This document shows, piece after piece, positions 13,701 through 26,300 of a DNA stretch of 64,000 nucleotides. A program made the position numbers and the translations under genes. The notes below the pieces were generated by a model, which was not told the DNA's origin, did no database searches, and worked only from the letters and a program-made list of their open reading frames with translations. Position 1 is the stretch's first letter. Each line of letters starts with the position of its first letter. The stretch covers positions 62,001 through 126,000 of the forward strand of contig MEDY01000087.1 of the NCBI GenBank assembly GCA_001724265.1. Direction: 5' to 3'. The stretch is from Rhizaria sp. SCN 62-66 (taxonomy: Eukaryota).

Positions 13701-14388
13701 GTCGTGCGCGAGCGGGGAGCTGAGGCCGGAGGCAACACCGGCAGCGGCGGCGGCGGCAGCGGAGGAGGAGCTGCCGCCGGAGGAGGACGGCGAAGCGGCG
13801 GCGGCGGCAGTGGCCGTGGCAGTCGCGGCGGAGGCGGCCGACGCCGCGCTAGAGGAAGACGAAGAGGAGCTCGAAGCGGTAGCCGCGGGCGCCGTGAGCA
13901 GGGGGTTCTTGTGCGGCGGCAGCGAGAGCTTGTTGACGTCGACGTCGCACGCCGGGAGGGACAGCAGGTACGTCACGATGTCGTGGTGGCCCCGCAGCGA
14001 GGCGTGCATCAGCGCGGTCCAGCCCGCCGAATCGGGGTGGTTCAGCTCCGCGTGCGCGTTAACGAGGCATTGGACGACGAGCAGGCGACCTACAGGGGAA
14101 GATAAACCAGTGATACGGGAGACGATGCATGGTGAGTTTTGCAGGATGTTGCGAGGAAAAGTGAGATCTCGGGATTTTAGGGTGGGATTAAAACGTACCA
14201 GAGGCAGCTGCAACGGTTAGAGCGGTACGCCCCTTGCGGTCGTACGCGTTGATGTTCCGGTCAGGCTCCTGGAGAAGCTTGAATACGATACGCGCGATGT
14301 TGGCACCGCCGCTGAGGATGACCTGGGTGAGGTGCGAGGCAGCTTCTTCCTGGCTCCGAGCGGGGCCAAAGCCCTGCGCGGCGCTCAT
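8391..14388 (-). CDS. Ankyrin-repeat protein with five NPF motifs and a probable C-terminal SAM-like domain, ~1962 aa, 2 exons (14388-14199, 14089-8391)
   Basis: Ankyrin motifs: GRTALTVAAASG, GWTALMHASLRGHHDIVTYLL, GERPLHLAAVYGRAALCKYLIALGADVDA, RTPLFLACKYHK. Intron of 109 nt (GTACGT...TAG). The C-terminal RWLLSQGLP...LRGFTREDLAALDLADAEELVG...KLMEII looks SAM-like. Stop is TAA. Confidence 0.85.
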
Positions 14389-14752
14389 ATAGACCAGAGT
14401 TCTGAGTAGATAACTCTGTTGGTAGTACTAACAGTTGTGTTACAGGACAGAACCTGAATGTACGGAGGTTGGTGTGACGTAGGAAGTCGATCACGATCCT
14501 GAGACTCGCACCGTCGTCTATGGAGTGACGTGGAAAGCAGTAACTAAGTTATACAAATGCACACGCAGGGATCCGTCAGGAGGACTGTGAATATTATATC
14601 AGTATTCAAAAAGACCAAAACAAGAAAGATGCAAAATAACACCCTTAAATCTATTCATAAACCGTGTTATCAGCCTTTCGTTTTTCGATCTCACGTGCTC
14701 CCATCCTCCGCCACACATACCGCCTCGCCACACGCTCCCGTAGACCCGGACC

Positions 14753-17173
14753 ATGTTTCCCAAGACATCCGGAGCCGCTTCCTCGCGCACCCGTCCTGTG
14801 CCGAGCTCTTCCTTTGCGTCGGGCGACGTCGCCCACGCGGATAAGCGCGCGCGCCCCGCCGCTGCCGTGGGCGGTGCCGCGGCGGCACCTCACGCTGCAC
14901 CCGCCGCGCCGGCCTCCCGCGGCGGCTTCTCCTTCGGCTTCGCGCCCGACCCGTCCGCCGCGGCCGCCGCGGAGCCCGTCGCGGCGCCCGCACTGCTGCC
15001 GACGCCCGCGATCGCGGCGCCCGTGCCTAGCTTCGCAAAGTACGCCGTTGCGCTGCGGGGCTGGAGCGCCATGGGCGGGCTCTCACTACGCACGGGCGAC
15101 GTCGTGGCCGTGGACTGGGACCAGAGCACCGGGTTCGACCTTTTCGTGACCGTGATGGCGCACGTGGAAGGCGAAGGGTGGCGCGAGACCGCCGCGTCGG
15201 GCTTTGTTCCCCCCGCCGTGCTCCGCCTCGTCAACCCTGACTCAGACGTCACCACTACTCACAGTCACCAGCCCGCAGCAACAAAGCCTGTCGGGGCAGC
15301 CGCGAGCGCGCCCGTCGCCACTGCGGCCCGCGCCCAAGCCAACGCCACCGCGGCCGCTGCCATCGCCGCGGTTCCCGCCACCGCAGACGGCGACGGGCTC
15401 GTGCTCGAGTACGACAGCGTGTTCGACGCCGTCGAGCGGCTGACCCAGCACGCGCACCACGTCGCGACGCCGCTGGACGTGGACTCGTCGCTGGCGTCGT
15501 TCGTGTGGCCGCTAACCGTGGGCGAGTTCATGTCGCGCGTGTATTCGCGAAAGTGCCTTGTCGTCCACAGCACCGGCGCGCGCCTCGCTCGCCTCCGCGG
15601 GGACTTCCACGGCTTCGACGTCGCCGAGATGGTCAACGCAGCGTCGCGCCTTGTCGTGTGGATGCGCGCGCTCAAGACGGGCGCCATGCAGTACCTGGAC
15701 GCGGGCCCCGACGTCGCGCTCAACGCCTACGCCTCGGGACACACGCTCTACTTCAACCCAGAGACCTCTACTCAAGACCGCTATGTGCGATCACTGTCCC
15801 GCGACCTGGGCATCGACTTCGGCACCGACAAGGAGGGTGGCGGCGGCGATGTCGAGGTCTTTGCTGTTACCACGCGCCACTCCACGCCCTGGCACTTCGA
15901 CGCGCAGGATAACTTTTCGGTCCAGCTTGCGGGGACGAAGCGGTGGACTGTGGCGACGTCGGGACAGACGAACCCGCTGACGAACCTGCACCCCAGGTCC
16001 ACCAACCGGGCGTCGGTGATGTCGGACTTTAAGGTGCACTGCGACGCCAACGGGCGCGCTGACGGGATCCCTGGCGCGGACTGCGACAGCGAGCACCGTC
16101 CGGTCGCGGCGCTGGATGCGGCGCCGCAGGAGTCGTTCATCGTGCGGCCCGGCTCAGTCTTCTACCATCCGGCGGGGATCTGGCACAAGGTCGACGCGCT
16201 CGACGACGAGGGCTCGCTGTCGATCAACATCTCGCTCGACTCGCTGCGCTGGCTCGACGTCATCATGGCGCGCCTCGCGCAGCGCATGCACCGCGTGCCG
16301 CGCTGGCGCGGGCGCGTGCTCGTCCCACCCCAGCTCGGCCGCGGCGCCGCGGGCAACGCGCAGGGCGCGGCCATGCGGCTCGATTTCGTGCGGGGCACGA
16401 TCCGCGGGATGCTGGACGAGCTCAAGACCGTGGTGGGCGGGCTCAACGCGGAGGACTTCGCGCCCCCTGCGCTGCTGCTCGACAACAGGATCGGCGGCGG
16501 CGCCGATGGCGAGGACGACGACGGCGAGGGTGGCGGCGGCGAGAAGCGGAAGGCGGCCACTGTGGCGGCCGCGACGGCTGCGGGCGTTGACAGCGACGCG
16601 TTCCCGCTGCACGACGCTGATGCCATCGTCGCACTCACTGCGCTGCTCAATCCCGTCTCTCGCACTGCGACTGCGGGCGCTACTGAGGCCGTGGGCGCGA
16701 GTGTGAGCGCCGGCGACGTCGTGCTGAGGCGCAACCCGCTTGTCACGGTGATCCCCGCCGAGCCCCCCGTGGCGACCTTGCAGCAGCTGCAGCAGCCCAC
16801 GAATGCGGGCGGCGTGCTCAGCCACCGCGGCTGGGAGGCGCACAGCGGCTTCGGCATGCAGCAGGGCTTCCAGTCGCAGTACTGCGCGCAGTTTTACACC
16901 GCGCGCGACAGTACGCCGTGGGTCGTGCAGGGCAAGCTGCGCGCCGCGGACGTGCACGCCACCGTTGTTGCGTGGGCCCGCCGCAACGACTCCCCAGTCA
17001 ACGCCGCCGGCACGGTGACGCTGGAGAGCGTGCAGAAGGCCGCCGTGGCGTGGGTCAAGGAGCAGACGAGCAGTGGCGACAACGTTGACGTTAGTGCTGT
17101 TGAGCACGCCGTGCTTGAGACGGTGTCAATGCTTGTGCATGTTGGCGCTCTCGTTGTTGTCCCTAAGGCTTAA
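14753..17173 (+). CDS. JmjC/cupin-4 2-oxoglutarate Fe(II) oxygenase (NO66/MINA/YcfD-like) with an N-terminal SH3-like segment, 806 aa, single exon
   Basis: HxD...H metal ligands in STPWHFDAQDNFSVQLAGTKRWTV ... RPGSVFYHPAGIWHKV...SLSINIS. N-terminal EFMSRVYSRKCLVV is typical of the family. Stop is TAA. Confidence 0.85.
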   Translation: MFPKTSGAASSRTRPVPSSSFASGDVAHADKRARPAAAVGGAAAAPHAAPAAPASRGGFSFGFAPDPSAAAAAEPVAAPALLPTPAIAAPVPSFAKYAVALRGWSAMGGLSLRTGDVVAVDWDQSTGFDLFVTVMAHVEGEGWRETAASGFVPPAVLRLVNPDSDVTTTHSHQPAATKPVGAAASAPVATAARAQANATAAAAIAAVPATADGDGLVLEYDSVFDAVERLTQHAHHVATPLDVDSSLASFVWPLTVGEFMSRVYSRKCLVVHSTGARLARLRGDFHGFDVAEMVNAASRLVVWMRALKTGAMQYLDAGPDVALNAYASGHTLYFNPETSTQDRYVRSLSRDLGIDFGTDKEGGGGDVEVFAVTTRHSTPWHFDAQDNFSVQLAGTKRWTVATSGQTNPLTNLHPRSTNRASVMSDFKVHCDANGRADGIPGADCDSEHRPVAALDAAPQESFIVRPGSVFYHPAGIWHKVDALDDEGSLSINISLDSLRWLDVIMARLAQRMHRVPRWRGRVLVPPQLGRGAAGNAQGAAMRLDFVRGTIRGMLDELKTVVGGLNAEDFAPPALLLDNRIGGGADGEDDDGEGGGGEKRKAATVAAATAAGVDSDAFPLHDADAIVALTALLNPVSRTATAGATEAVGASVSAGDVVLRRNPLVTVIPAEPPVATLQQLQQPTNAGGVLSHRGWEAHSGFGMQQGFQSQYCAQFYTARDSTPWVVQGKLRAADVHATVVAWARRNDSPVNAAGTVTLESVQKAAVAWVKEQTSSGDNVDVSAVEHAVLETVSMLVHVGALVVVPKA

Positions 17174-17336
17174 GAATCTTTACTACCAGCTACATTTGTT
17201 ATTTATACTAGAACCCCTTGCGTAATCGCTATTTTATCAACATTACTCATTCCATGAATAAAGAAATGCTCATTGTATTCGTGTCTGTCTAATGTAACAA
17301 GTTAAATTTTGTAAATCTACTTTTCGATTGTGTGAA

Positions 17337-20300
17337 TTACTTGCGGTTGAGAGCTGCTTCTTGTGCGCGTAAGTTCGCGTACGCACTGCTCCTAGTCGCT
17401 GCGAGAATGACTTCGATGTCGCTACCGTCAAGCGGGTGAGGCTGGAACCCTGTCGCTGGCGCGACCGCAATGCCGGCACTGCTGTTTCCAGCTGTGTTCG
17501 CAGTGTTGTGATCGCGCGCTGTGGGCAGAGTGACGACGCGAGTGCCGGAGCCAGCGGTCGGGTGCCAAGTGCGTACCAGCTGCAGCGGCTGCCCGTTGCG
17601 GCCGGTGCTCTGCTCCGACGGCATATCGGCGCTCACAAACACGCGACGCAGGGTGTCTACCTCGTGGTGCGGCACAGTCGCGTTCACCGTCCCCGCGGTG
17701 CCACTCACAGTCACCTTGCTCGCGTTGCGCGACGGGTCGGAGCCCACAGTCACAGCGCCAGAGCCGTAGAGCGCGGCAGTCGCAACGACGGCGGGGTTGA
17801 TCCCCAGCGCGTCAAGCGCCGCCTTCTCTTCGACAACAGCGTCCGCGTGCCTGCGCAGTGCCTCGGCCGCCTGGCGTGCCTGCTCGGCCCGCTCGCGCCA
17901 CTGCGCAGCCTCTTTGCGCGCGGCCGCGGCATCCGCGGTGCGCGCGGCGACGGCGGCCTGCATCTCTTGCGTCAGCGCGACGGCCTGCGCCAGCGCGTCC
18001 TCGGCCTCCGCCGCCTGCCGCTGGGCGGCCGCGAGATCGGCCGAGAGCACCTCGTAGTCGCGGTCCCGGCGCAGTGCAGTGCGCTGCAAGGCCTCAGACC
18101 CCTCGCGCAATGCTGCTGCTTCGCGGACAGCCGCGGCGGTAACTGCAGACTCGCGGGCTGCAGTAGCTTCGGCGGTGGTGGCACGCAGCTCAGCTTGCGA
18201 CGCGCGCGCGTTGGCCGCGATCATCTCGCGCTCCGCAGCAGCACGCGTCGCCTCAGCTTGCTGTGCTGCCTCAGCTGCTGCCGCCGCGCGGCCTTCTGCG
18301 GCGACTGCGCACAGCTCCGCAGTCCTGGTCCGCGCCTCGGCCTCGGCAGCGGCGCCCTCAAGCGCAGTCTCCCGGCCAGCGGCGTCGCGCGAGAGCGCGT
18401 CGACCTGGTTGCGTAACCGCGCAACCTCGTCCTTGACAACGGCGGCTGCGTCTTCAGCGCGGTATGCGCGCTCGCGGAACGCCTTAACGTCGCTCTCAGC
18501 ACTGTCCACCAAGGCGGCACGCGGGGCCAGTGCTGCGATGCGTGCACGAAGCACCTTAGCCTCGGTCTCGAGAGCACGAGCACGTTCAGCCGCGTCGGTC
18601 TCGCCCGCAGCGCGGAACAGCGCGGCTGCGTCGTGTTCCTCGTGCGCCAGCGCGCGGCCCTCTGCCGCCGCGGTGTGTGCGCGTGCGGCGGCGAGCTCGC
18701 GGCGCGTGCGCTGGAGCTCAGTGCCCAGCGCCTGCACAAGCGCAGCGACCTCTTCTAAGCGCGAGCTTGTGTCGGAGATCTCCTGGCGCAGCGCCTCGTT
18801 CTCAGCCTCCGCTGCAGAGGCGCGGGCTTCGGTGGCTGCTGACGCAGTAGTCGCAGCGGCACCGGCACCAGCAGCAACGGTCTCAGCCTGCGCGAGCGCA
18901 GCGCTGGCAGCGGCGAGGTCAGCAGTTAGCTGTGCAGCCTGCTCACGAGCGAGCTTGGCGCGCTCGGTCTCAAGCGTCAACAACGACTCGGCGCGGCGCG
19001 CGCGGCCCTCGTGCGCCTCGGTGTCAAGCCTCGCGCGGGCGAGCTCGTCCTGCGCTGCCCACAGGTCCTGCTCCAGGGCACGCGCACGTGCAGTCTCCGT
19101 CTCAAGACGGCTGAGAGCAAGAGAAAGCTGACCCGGCGCTGATGTGGGTGCCTCAGTCGGGTTGGACTCAATCACCATCGACACATCCGCGGCGGCCATA
19201 ACGCCGTCAGCATCATCGTCATCATCGTCTGAGTACTCGCTATTGTCGACAGCAGGTGCAACAGGGCGTACTTGTTTTGCAGCCAATTTGAGTGCTGCAT
19301 TCAGTTTGTCTTGAGTGGCCTCAACAACATCCTTGGCCTCTGCAAGAGCACTTTCAAGAGCACGAATGCGTGAGCGAAGTGTCTCCTCGTGCTCAGTCGC
19401 AGCTTGCGCCTGTGCCTGCGCCATCTCGAGCTGCTTCGCCATGAACTCGGCCTGCAACGCGCGGGTACGCGCCGCATCGAGCTCGGTCTTGTCGCCGGCG
19501 CGCAGTGCGTGCGCGGTCGCAGCCTCAGTCGCAGAGCGCTGAGCTGCGTCGGTAGCGGCGCGGGCGCGCTTCTCGGCGTCTGCGGCATCAGCGCGCGCGC
19601 TCTCGAGCATGCCAATAGTGGTAGCAAGACGGGACTCTGTGGTGAGCAGTTGAGCCTGTGCACGGCGCAACGCGGTGACAGCAGCAATGAGGCGCTGATA
19701 CAGCGCGCGTGCGATCGTGTCATCCTCAGAGACTGTGAGCTGAGCCAGGAAGGTATCAAAGCTGGAGAGATCACAGTGGAACTCAGCGCCAGCAAGTGAT
19801 GCTTCAGGCTGTTCCTTCTGTGGCTGCTGGGTACTCGCCAGCTTCGGAGCAGCGTTATCTTGGGCTTGCTCGAGAGCGCTCTTGAGCGCCTTTTGCAGCA
19901 TATCGATTTCACTGTTGCGCGCGCTGACAACTGCCTCGATCTCATTCAGCTCCTTTTCGAGCTGCTGAACGCGTTCGTCGTCCTGACCCGCCAAAGCATC
20001 GGCGCGTTCTGCTGCTTCCTGGGCAGCGTTGCGGGCAGCAAGAGCCTCGGCACGCGCACGGGCTGCCGCGTCGTTCGCAGCCTCCGCAGAGGAAAGTGCA
20101 GCGTCGCGGTCTTCGCGCAGTCGCTGCAAGCTCGCGATGGTCTCCTCAGTGACACGGCCAGCAACAGGAACAGTGTACATGTCACTAACAGAGCTGCGCC
20201 TTGATGCGTTGCGAGCAGCGGAGTGCTTGTTATTCGCGATGTTGGTGGAGTCATCTTCATCGTCATCATCGTCAGAAGAATGGAACACAACGGCGCGCCT

Positions 20301-23300
20301 GACACTACTCGGCACACCGTTCGCCGTATCCTCCGCAGCCGCCAGTGCGCGCGCGAGCTCATCGCAGTGCGCTCTGAGCTCGGCCTCGCGCTTCCCGTGC
20401 TGGTCAACGACAGTGCGCAGCGCGCGGTGGGCCTCCTCGCTCTCCGCTCTCGCCTGCAACGCGCGCGTCTCAGCCTCGGCAGCAGCGGCCTCGGCGGCGG
20501 CAACGCGGGCGTTGGCGGCGCGAACCTCGGCCTCAGCATCGGCGTTCTTGTACACAACCGTGGGCGCAGTGACGGTGGGCTTGCTTGTGTTGCTCGAGTG
20601 CGAGCGAGCCACAATCGCAGCCAGCTCGTCGCGCTCCTTCGCCAAGGCATTGATCTCGCCTGTCTTCTGTGCGAGCGCACGCGCAATAGCACCAACACGT
20701 TCCGCCACTGCGCGCTGCTCCTCATCAGCAGCAGCGTCAGCATCGGCACGCGCGGCGAGCTCGGACTTCAGAGCCTCAACCTCAGCCTCGGCAGCTGCAG
20801 CGCGGGTCTCGGCCGCCTTGCGCGCACGCGCGTCGGCGTCCGCGTCGCCCGCACGAGACTTGAGCGCAGTGTGCAGGCGCGCGATGTGGGACTGCGACTG
20901 CTCGAGCACGGTCACCAAGTCGCGCTTGTTGTACAGAGCGTCCTGAAGCAGCTCCTCGAGGTAGATGATACGGTTATACGCGATCTCCAGCCGGAGCTGC
21001 GGGGCGCCGTTGGCAACAACAGCCGGGTGAGCGACCGTGCTGTGCTCTGCAGGGTCACGGCGGAAGGTCTCCTCGATCGCGGAGAGCGAGGACGCTTCGA
21101 GCGGGTTCAGGTCGCTGAGATCAAGCGCGGAATCAAGCGTGACAGGCGCTCTCGCTCCGTTGGTCGCAGTGACGGCGGACTCGGCGTTAGGCGCGTTGGA
21201 TGAGAACATGTAGAACGATGGCGCGTCAGTGCCGTGGTCAACCAGCTCCCTCTGCTCAGCGTCTGTGCCGACGCTGTGCATGATCGGGGCAGACCGCTGG
21301 ACGTCGGCCATCGTAGCAGCGTTCACAGTTGCAACAGCAGCAAACGGAGTTGCGTCCGTACCAGCGTCGCGCATCATAACGGTTGCTCCAGCGGAAACAG
21401 CGCTCGTCATCGTGCCCGCCGTCGCGGTAGTAGGTGCGGTTGTTGCAGTGCTGACGCTCTGGAGCGTCGCAGTGGAAGCAGAACGGGGAACCCATGCCTG
21501 CAGAGGCTCGGACGACAGACTGCCACGACGGCCAGCCGGAGGAACAGGCGCACTTGAGTCGGCGTCAGTGCCAGCAGCCGCGAACATCGCGGCGAGTCCG
21601 GCGTTCGCCGCCGTGTCAGATGGCGAGACCTGGGTCCCCGCGCTGACGGCAGCGACCGCGGGCAGAGACAGAGCGTCGCAGCCCGTGTCGCAGACAGCTG
21701 CGGGCACTGTGGTCTGCGAGAACGAGTCCTGCATCGTGACTGTGCGTGCGGGGGCAGTCTGCGTCTCTACAGTAGCAGTCGCCAAAGCACTTGCGGCGGG
21801 CTCGGTGGCAGTGCTCTGGGTGCCCGTACTCACTGTGGTGGCGTAGAGGGCGCTGCTAGAGCGGACCAGATCCGCAGATACCGACGCGTCAGCCGTTGTG
21901 ACAGCACTATGCGCGGTCTGCGTCCCGGCGCTGCTGACAGCAGCAGGAGTGATGTTGTGAGCCGACTCAACAGTCTGCGTGCTCGCGCCTACGGTCAGTC
22001 TAGCTGCGTTATCAGCGCTAATGGCGCCGTCACCAGCGCCCGTCGACACAAATTGCGCTGCCACGGGCGCATCAGTGCCCACGGTCGCCGTCGCAACAGC
22101 CTTAACCACGGTTGCCTGCGCAAACAGCTTGGAGAGCGCCGCCTCCGCAGCCGCGCTCACTGCCACCTTGTCGCCGCCGTCGGTCGAGGGCGAGTGGCTG
22201 TGGCTGTGGCCGAGCTCGCACTGTGACGAGCACCGGTGCAGCCCACCGGCCGAGGGCTTTCCTGTGCCCCCGTAATGAAGAGGCGGGGGGAAATGCAGTG
22301 CAGGCGCCGGGGTGTGCGATGCGGGCGTGAAGGGCATGAGGCCGAGGTCGGTGCCGGAAGGCACGGAGAGTAGCTGCAGCGGGCCGTGGAGGAAGTCATC
22401 GGTCTCGGACAGAGGAGTGAAGCCACCGAGAGCAAGCGAAGAGTGCGCGCCCGCAAGCGCGTGCGCGTGTGGAACCTCGGGCTGAGGCGCGCGGCCCGCA
22501 GCGAAGGCGGAATTAGCGGACAGAGATGTAGTCAAGGCATTGATGGGCAAGGGCGGGTGCTGCGGCGGGATGGGCGCGATCGACAGGGGCGGGAAGGCGG
22601 TGACGACGCATTGTGCAACGGGAGACCCGCCGCCCTGCTGCTGCTGTGGCTGGCCTTGGCTGGGCATGATGTTGGTTGCCGAGTGGCTCACAGTCATCAA
22701 CGCACTAACATCGCCGCCTGCCGATGCATTCGCATGAGCAACAGCGGGAATAACAACGCTCTCCGTCGCGACGGTCACGAAGTAGGCAGTAGAAGGGTTT
22801 GCACTGTTGTTGGCAACAGTGACAGGCTCAGTAACAACAGTCTCACACTGTGCCGTCGCGTCAATAGCATCCACAGTGACTGCTTCAGTTGACACGGTCA
22901 CAAACTGCCCGTTGCTAACGTTCACAAACGACTGTTGTGCACTGGTCGGGCTTGTTTCGTCGTTGTCGTCAAACAGGATGCCCGCCGCGGTGATATCAAC
23001 CTGCTTGTCGCCCTCAGTGCCTCGGTTGTTGTTGATGAACGCGGCGGCGTCGAGCAGAGTACGCAGCCGTTGGCACTCGTGCTCCGCGGCAGCGGCGCGG
23101 TCGAGCGCGGTCTTGACGCCGTTCTCGGCCTCGGTGATCGCGTTGTGTGCGTGGCCAGCAAGCTCCTCGCGGGCGGCGCGCTCAGCAGCAACCTCTGCCT
23201 CAGCGTTGCGTGCGGTCTCGCTGGCGTCAGCAGCGGCGTTGAGGGCGACGTCGCGCGCGGCCTCGGCGGCAGCCAACTTTGAGTGCAGAGTCACGATCTC

Positions 23301-26300
23301 CGCGCGGGCCTCGGCCGTCTCGGTCAGCGCGGCAGTCGCAGCAGCCTCGGACGCCGCAGCAGCAGCGCGCGCGGCGGTGGCGCCGGCCTCAGCTGCGGCG
23401 GTGGCGGCGTGGGCGTGTGCGAGTTGCGACTGGAGCAGTGAGGCGGACTCGCCGGCCTCTGCGGCGACTTGGCCCCAGTGCGCGGTGGCGAGCTGAGCGG
23501 CCTGGAGCTCTTGCTTTAGTTCGTCGTCGTTGCCAGTGCTCTCAGCTGCGGTGCCAACCGCGGTGATTGTCGCGGCCGCAGGCGGGAGGGAGGCGGCAGC
23601 GCTGCTGCTGCGACCGGTGGTAGAAGCACCGAGGGCAGACTCAGCAAGCGCGGCGACAGCGCGGTCGCGCTCAGCCTCGGCACGCGCGCACGCAGTCTCC
23701 GCAGCGGCGATCACCGTCGCGGCCTCCATGCCAGCTGCGGCCTCGGCCTTCTCGGCGGCATCAGCGCGCGCCGCGGCCGCGGCGGTCTCCGCACGCGCGG
23801 CCAGAACCTCCTCCTGCGCCCGCGCCAACAGCGCAGCCGCCGTGGCAGCCTCAGCGCGCAGAGTGTCCGCGATCGAAGTCGCGCTCTGCAGCGCGGCGGT
23901 GACCGAGTCGATCTGCTCCTGCCCTTCGCTGCGCAGCCGCTGCCACTCAGCGTCGGCCTGCGCGAGCGTGATGAGTTCAGCGCCCGGGAACGCGCTCTGC
24001 AGCGCGGCCGCTGCGGCGTCCAGCCCCAGCTCGCGCAGCGCGGCCTCGAGCCCCGCGCGCTGGCCGGCCGCGGTCCGCGCCAGCGCGTCGTCCACGGCGG
24101 CCGCAACGCGCGCGTGGAGCTCGCTCTCGCCGCGCTGCCGCAGCGCGTCCATCTCGGCCGCGTGGCGCGCCGCCATCTCCTCCACCACGGCTGCCGTCGC
24201 CGCGCCGTCGCGCCCGCGCAGCGCCTCGGCGTAGCTCTCCACGGTCCCCAGAAGCTCGCTGCAGCGCTCGCGCGCCTCCGTCGCCGCGGCGCGCGCGGCG
24301 GCAGCGGACGCGGCCTCGGCGCGCGCGTCGGACCGGGCCGCGTTAGCCTCAGCTAGTGCGGTATCAGCCTCGGCTGCAGCGGACTCGGCGCGGGCGCGGT
24401 CGGCGGCTGCGGCGGATTCGGCGGCGGCGGCGCGCTCGTTCGCGGCCGCAGCGGCGGCGTTGGCGGCCTCGATGGCGTCACGCGCGTACTCGTCCGACGC
24501 AGTCAGCCTGTCACGGTAGCCCGCGGCGACGCCCTCGAGCAGCGCGAGGTCGCGCTTAGCGGACTTGAGCTCCGCGTCGGCGGCCGCGGCTGCGGCGGCG
24601 AGCGCGGCGTGGCGCTCAGTGCCGGTGCGCAGCGCGTCGGTGAGCGCGGCGTTGGCCGTGTGCAGCTCCAGCAGCCGGTTCTGCAGCGCAGTGTGTTCGG
24701 CCCAAGACACGGGGCGCGTGGCCGGGGGGTAGTCGTAGACGGAGACGAGCTCGTCCTGACTCGGGTCCTGACTGTGGGCCACAGTCTGAGGCGGTGCAGG
24801 AGCAATGGCATTAAGAGAAGACGGGGCAGCAGAACGATCCGGGGACGAAATCTTCGGTTTCTCGTGATCAACAAAGGAAGACGACTCAAGCTTATTGTTC
24901 GTTGTTGACTTGGCAGTGCCAGCATCAGGATCAGGGAGCTCAAACGTGACGAGTGTGTTATAACGCGGGTCAACATGCGCAGGCTTGCTGGCACCACCAG
25001 CACCAGACGAAATTAGAGGCGTGCTTGTAACGGAGACTGAAACAGCATTATGCACATCAGAGATAGCGGTCGGGCTCGCGGTGTTGCTCGCAACAGCAGC
25101 AGTAGCAGCAGCAGCCGGCGCGCGGGGACGGGCGGGGCTGCGGATCGGCGACGCGACGCGGGGGTTCGTGGTGACGACGACCTCGCCGTCCGCGTTGTTG
25201 CCACCGCGGCGGCGCGTGTGGGACAGCGCAATGGAGGCGCCCGTGTCGGAGCTCTCTTGGCCGGAGTCAGTCGAGTGGCCGCTCGTGTTGACCGCGTTGT
25301 TGGCAGGGGCGACGGGGCTACGAGTCGTGTCACCGTGATCGTGTGCGCGTGCAGCAACTGCAGCCGTGGTTGACTGTGCGTAGGCCTGCGCGTAGACGTC
25401 GTCGTATGCACCCGCACCAGAGTCAACGCCGGTAGGGGCATCGGTCGTCACAGGGACGTGTTCGTTGACCTCGTTGTGATCGGCTGCATTCAAGTCAGCG
25501 TGAACGTCGGCCTCAATCTCAGCACTGGTCTCTGTGTCATTTTCAGCATCACCATATGCGTACGCGTCGTCGCCCTCAAAGTCTTCCTCATAGTCTTCGT
25601 ATTCGGCGCCGTTGTCAACGTTGTTGCCCACATCAACTTGAGCGCTGTTGTCACCACCGTATCTCGGTTCAGCATCCGTGATACGACTGTAAGCGGGCTC
25701 CTGCTGCTGCGGGCGCGCTTGGGGAGGCTGTGGGGCAAACGGGTTTACACGGTGGCTCGCGAACGTCCCAGACTGCTGCGGCGCATACGTCGCATCAACA
25801 TGTTGCAGCTGCTGCGGTGGCTGCGGCTGCAGCGGTGGCTGCGGCTGCAGCGGCGGCTGCTGCGGCTGAGCCTGCGCCGCGCTGCGCGCCGAGTCGTCGT
25901 AATCAGAGTCCGCCAGCGTCTGCGCCAGGTCCTCCAGCGTGAGCGCGATGCGGGGGATATCGCGCGGCGGCAGCGCAGGGCCCGCGCCAGAGCCGGCGCT
26001 GCTGCCGCTGCCAGTCGCAGTTGCAGGCGCAGCGGTCAACCGGGACGGCGGTGGGACACCGGCAGTAAGCGAGGCCGATGAGGACGACGGCGCTGTGGTC
26101 GACGAAGAATATGTCGAAACAGGGTCGGTGACCGTTGGCTGCGACAACGCGTAGCTGTTGTCTAGCGACGCGACGGCGGGGCCGTACACAGGCGGCGACA
26201 CGGGCCGCAGCGGATTCGACTGTGTGTACGTGGCCAGAATGTCAACACGCGCCGCCTCGACCGCCGTGGAGTCGTCCAGATCCGCGTCGTCGGCGTTGTT

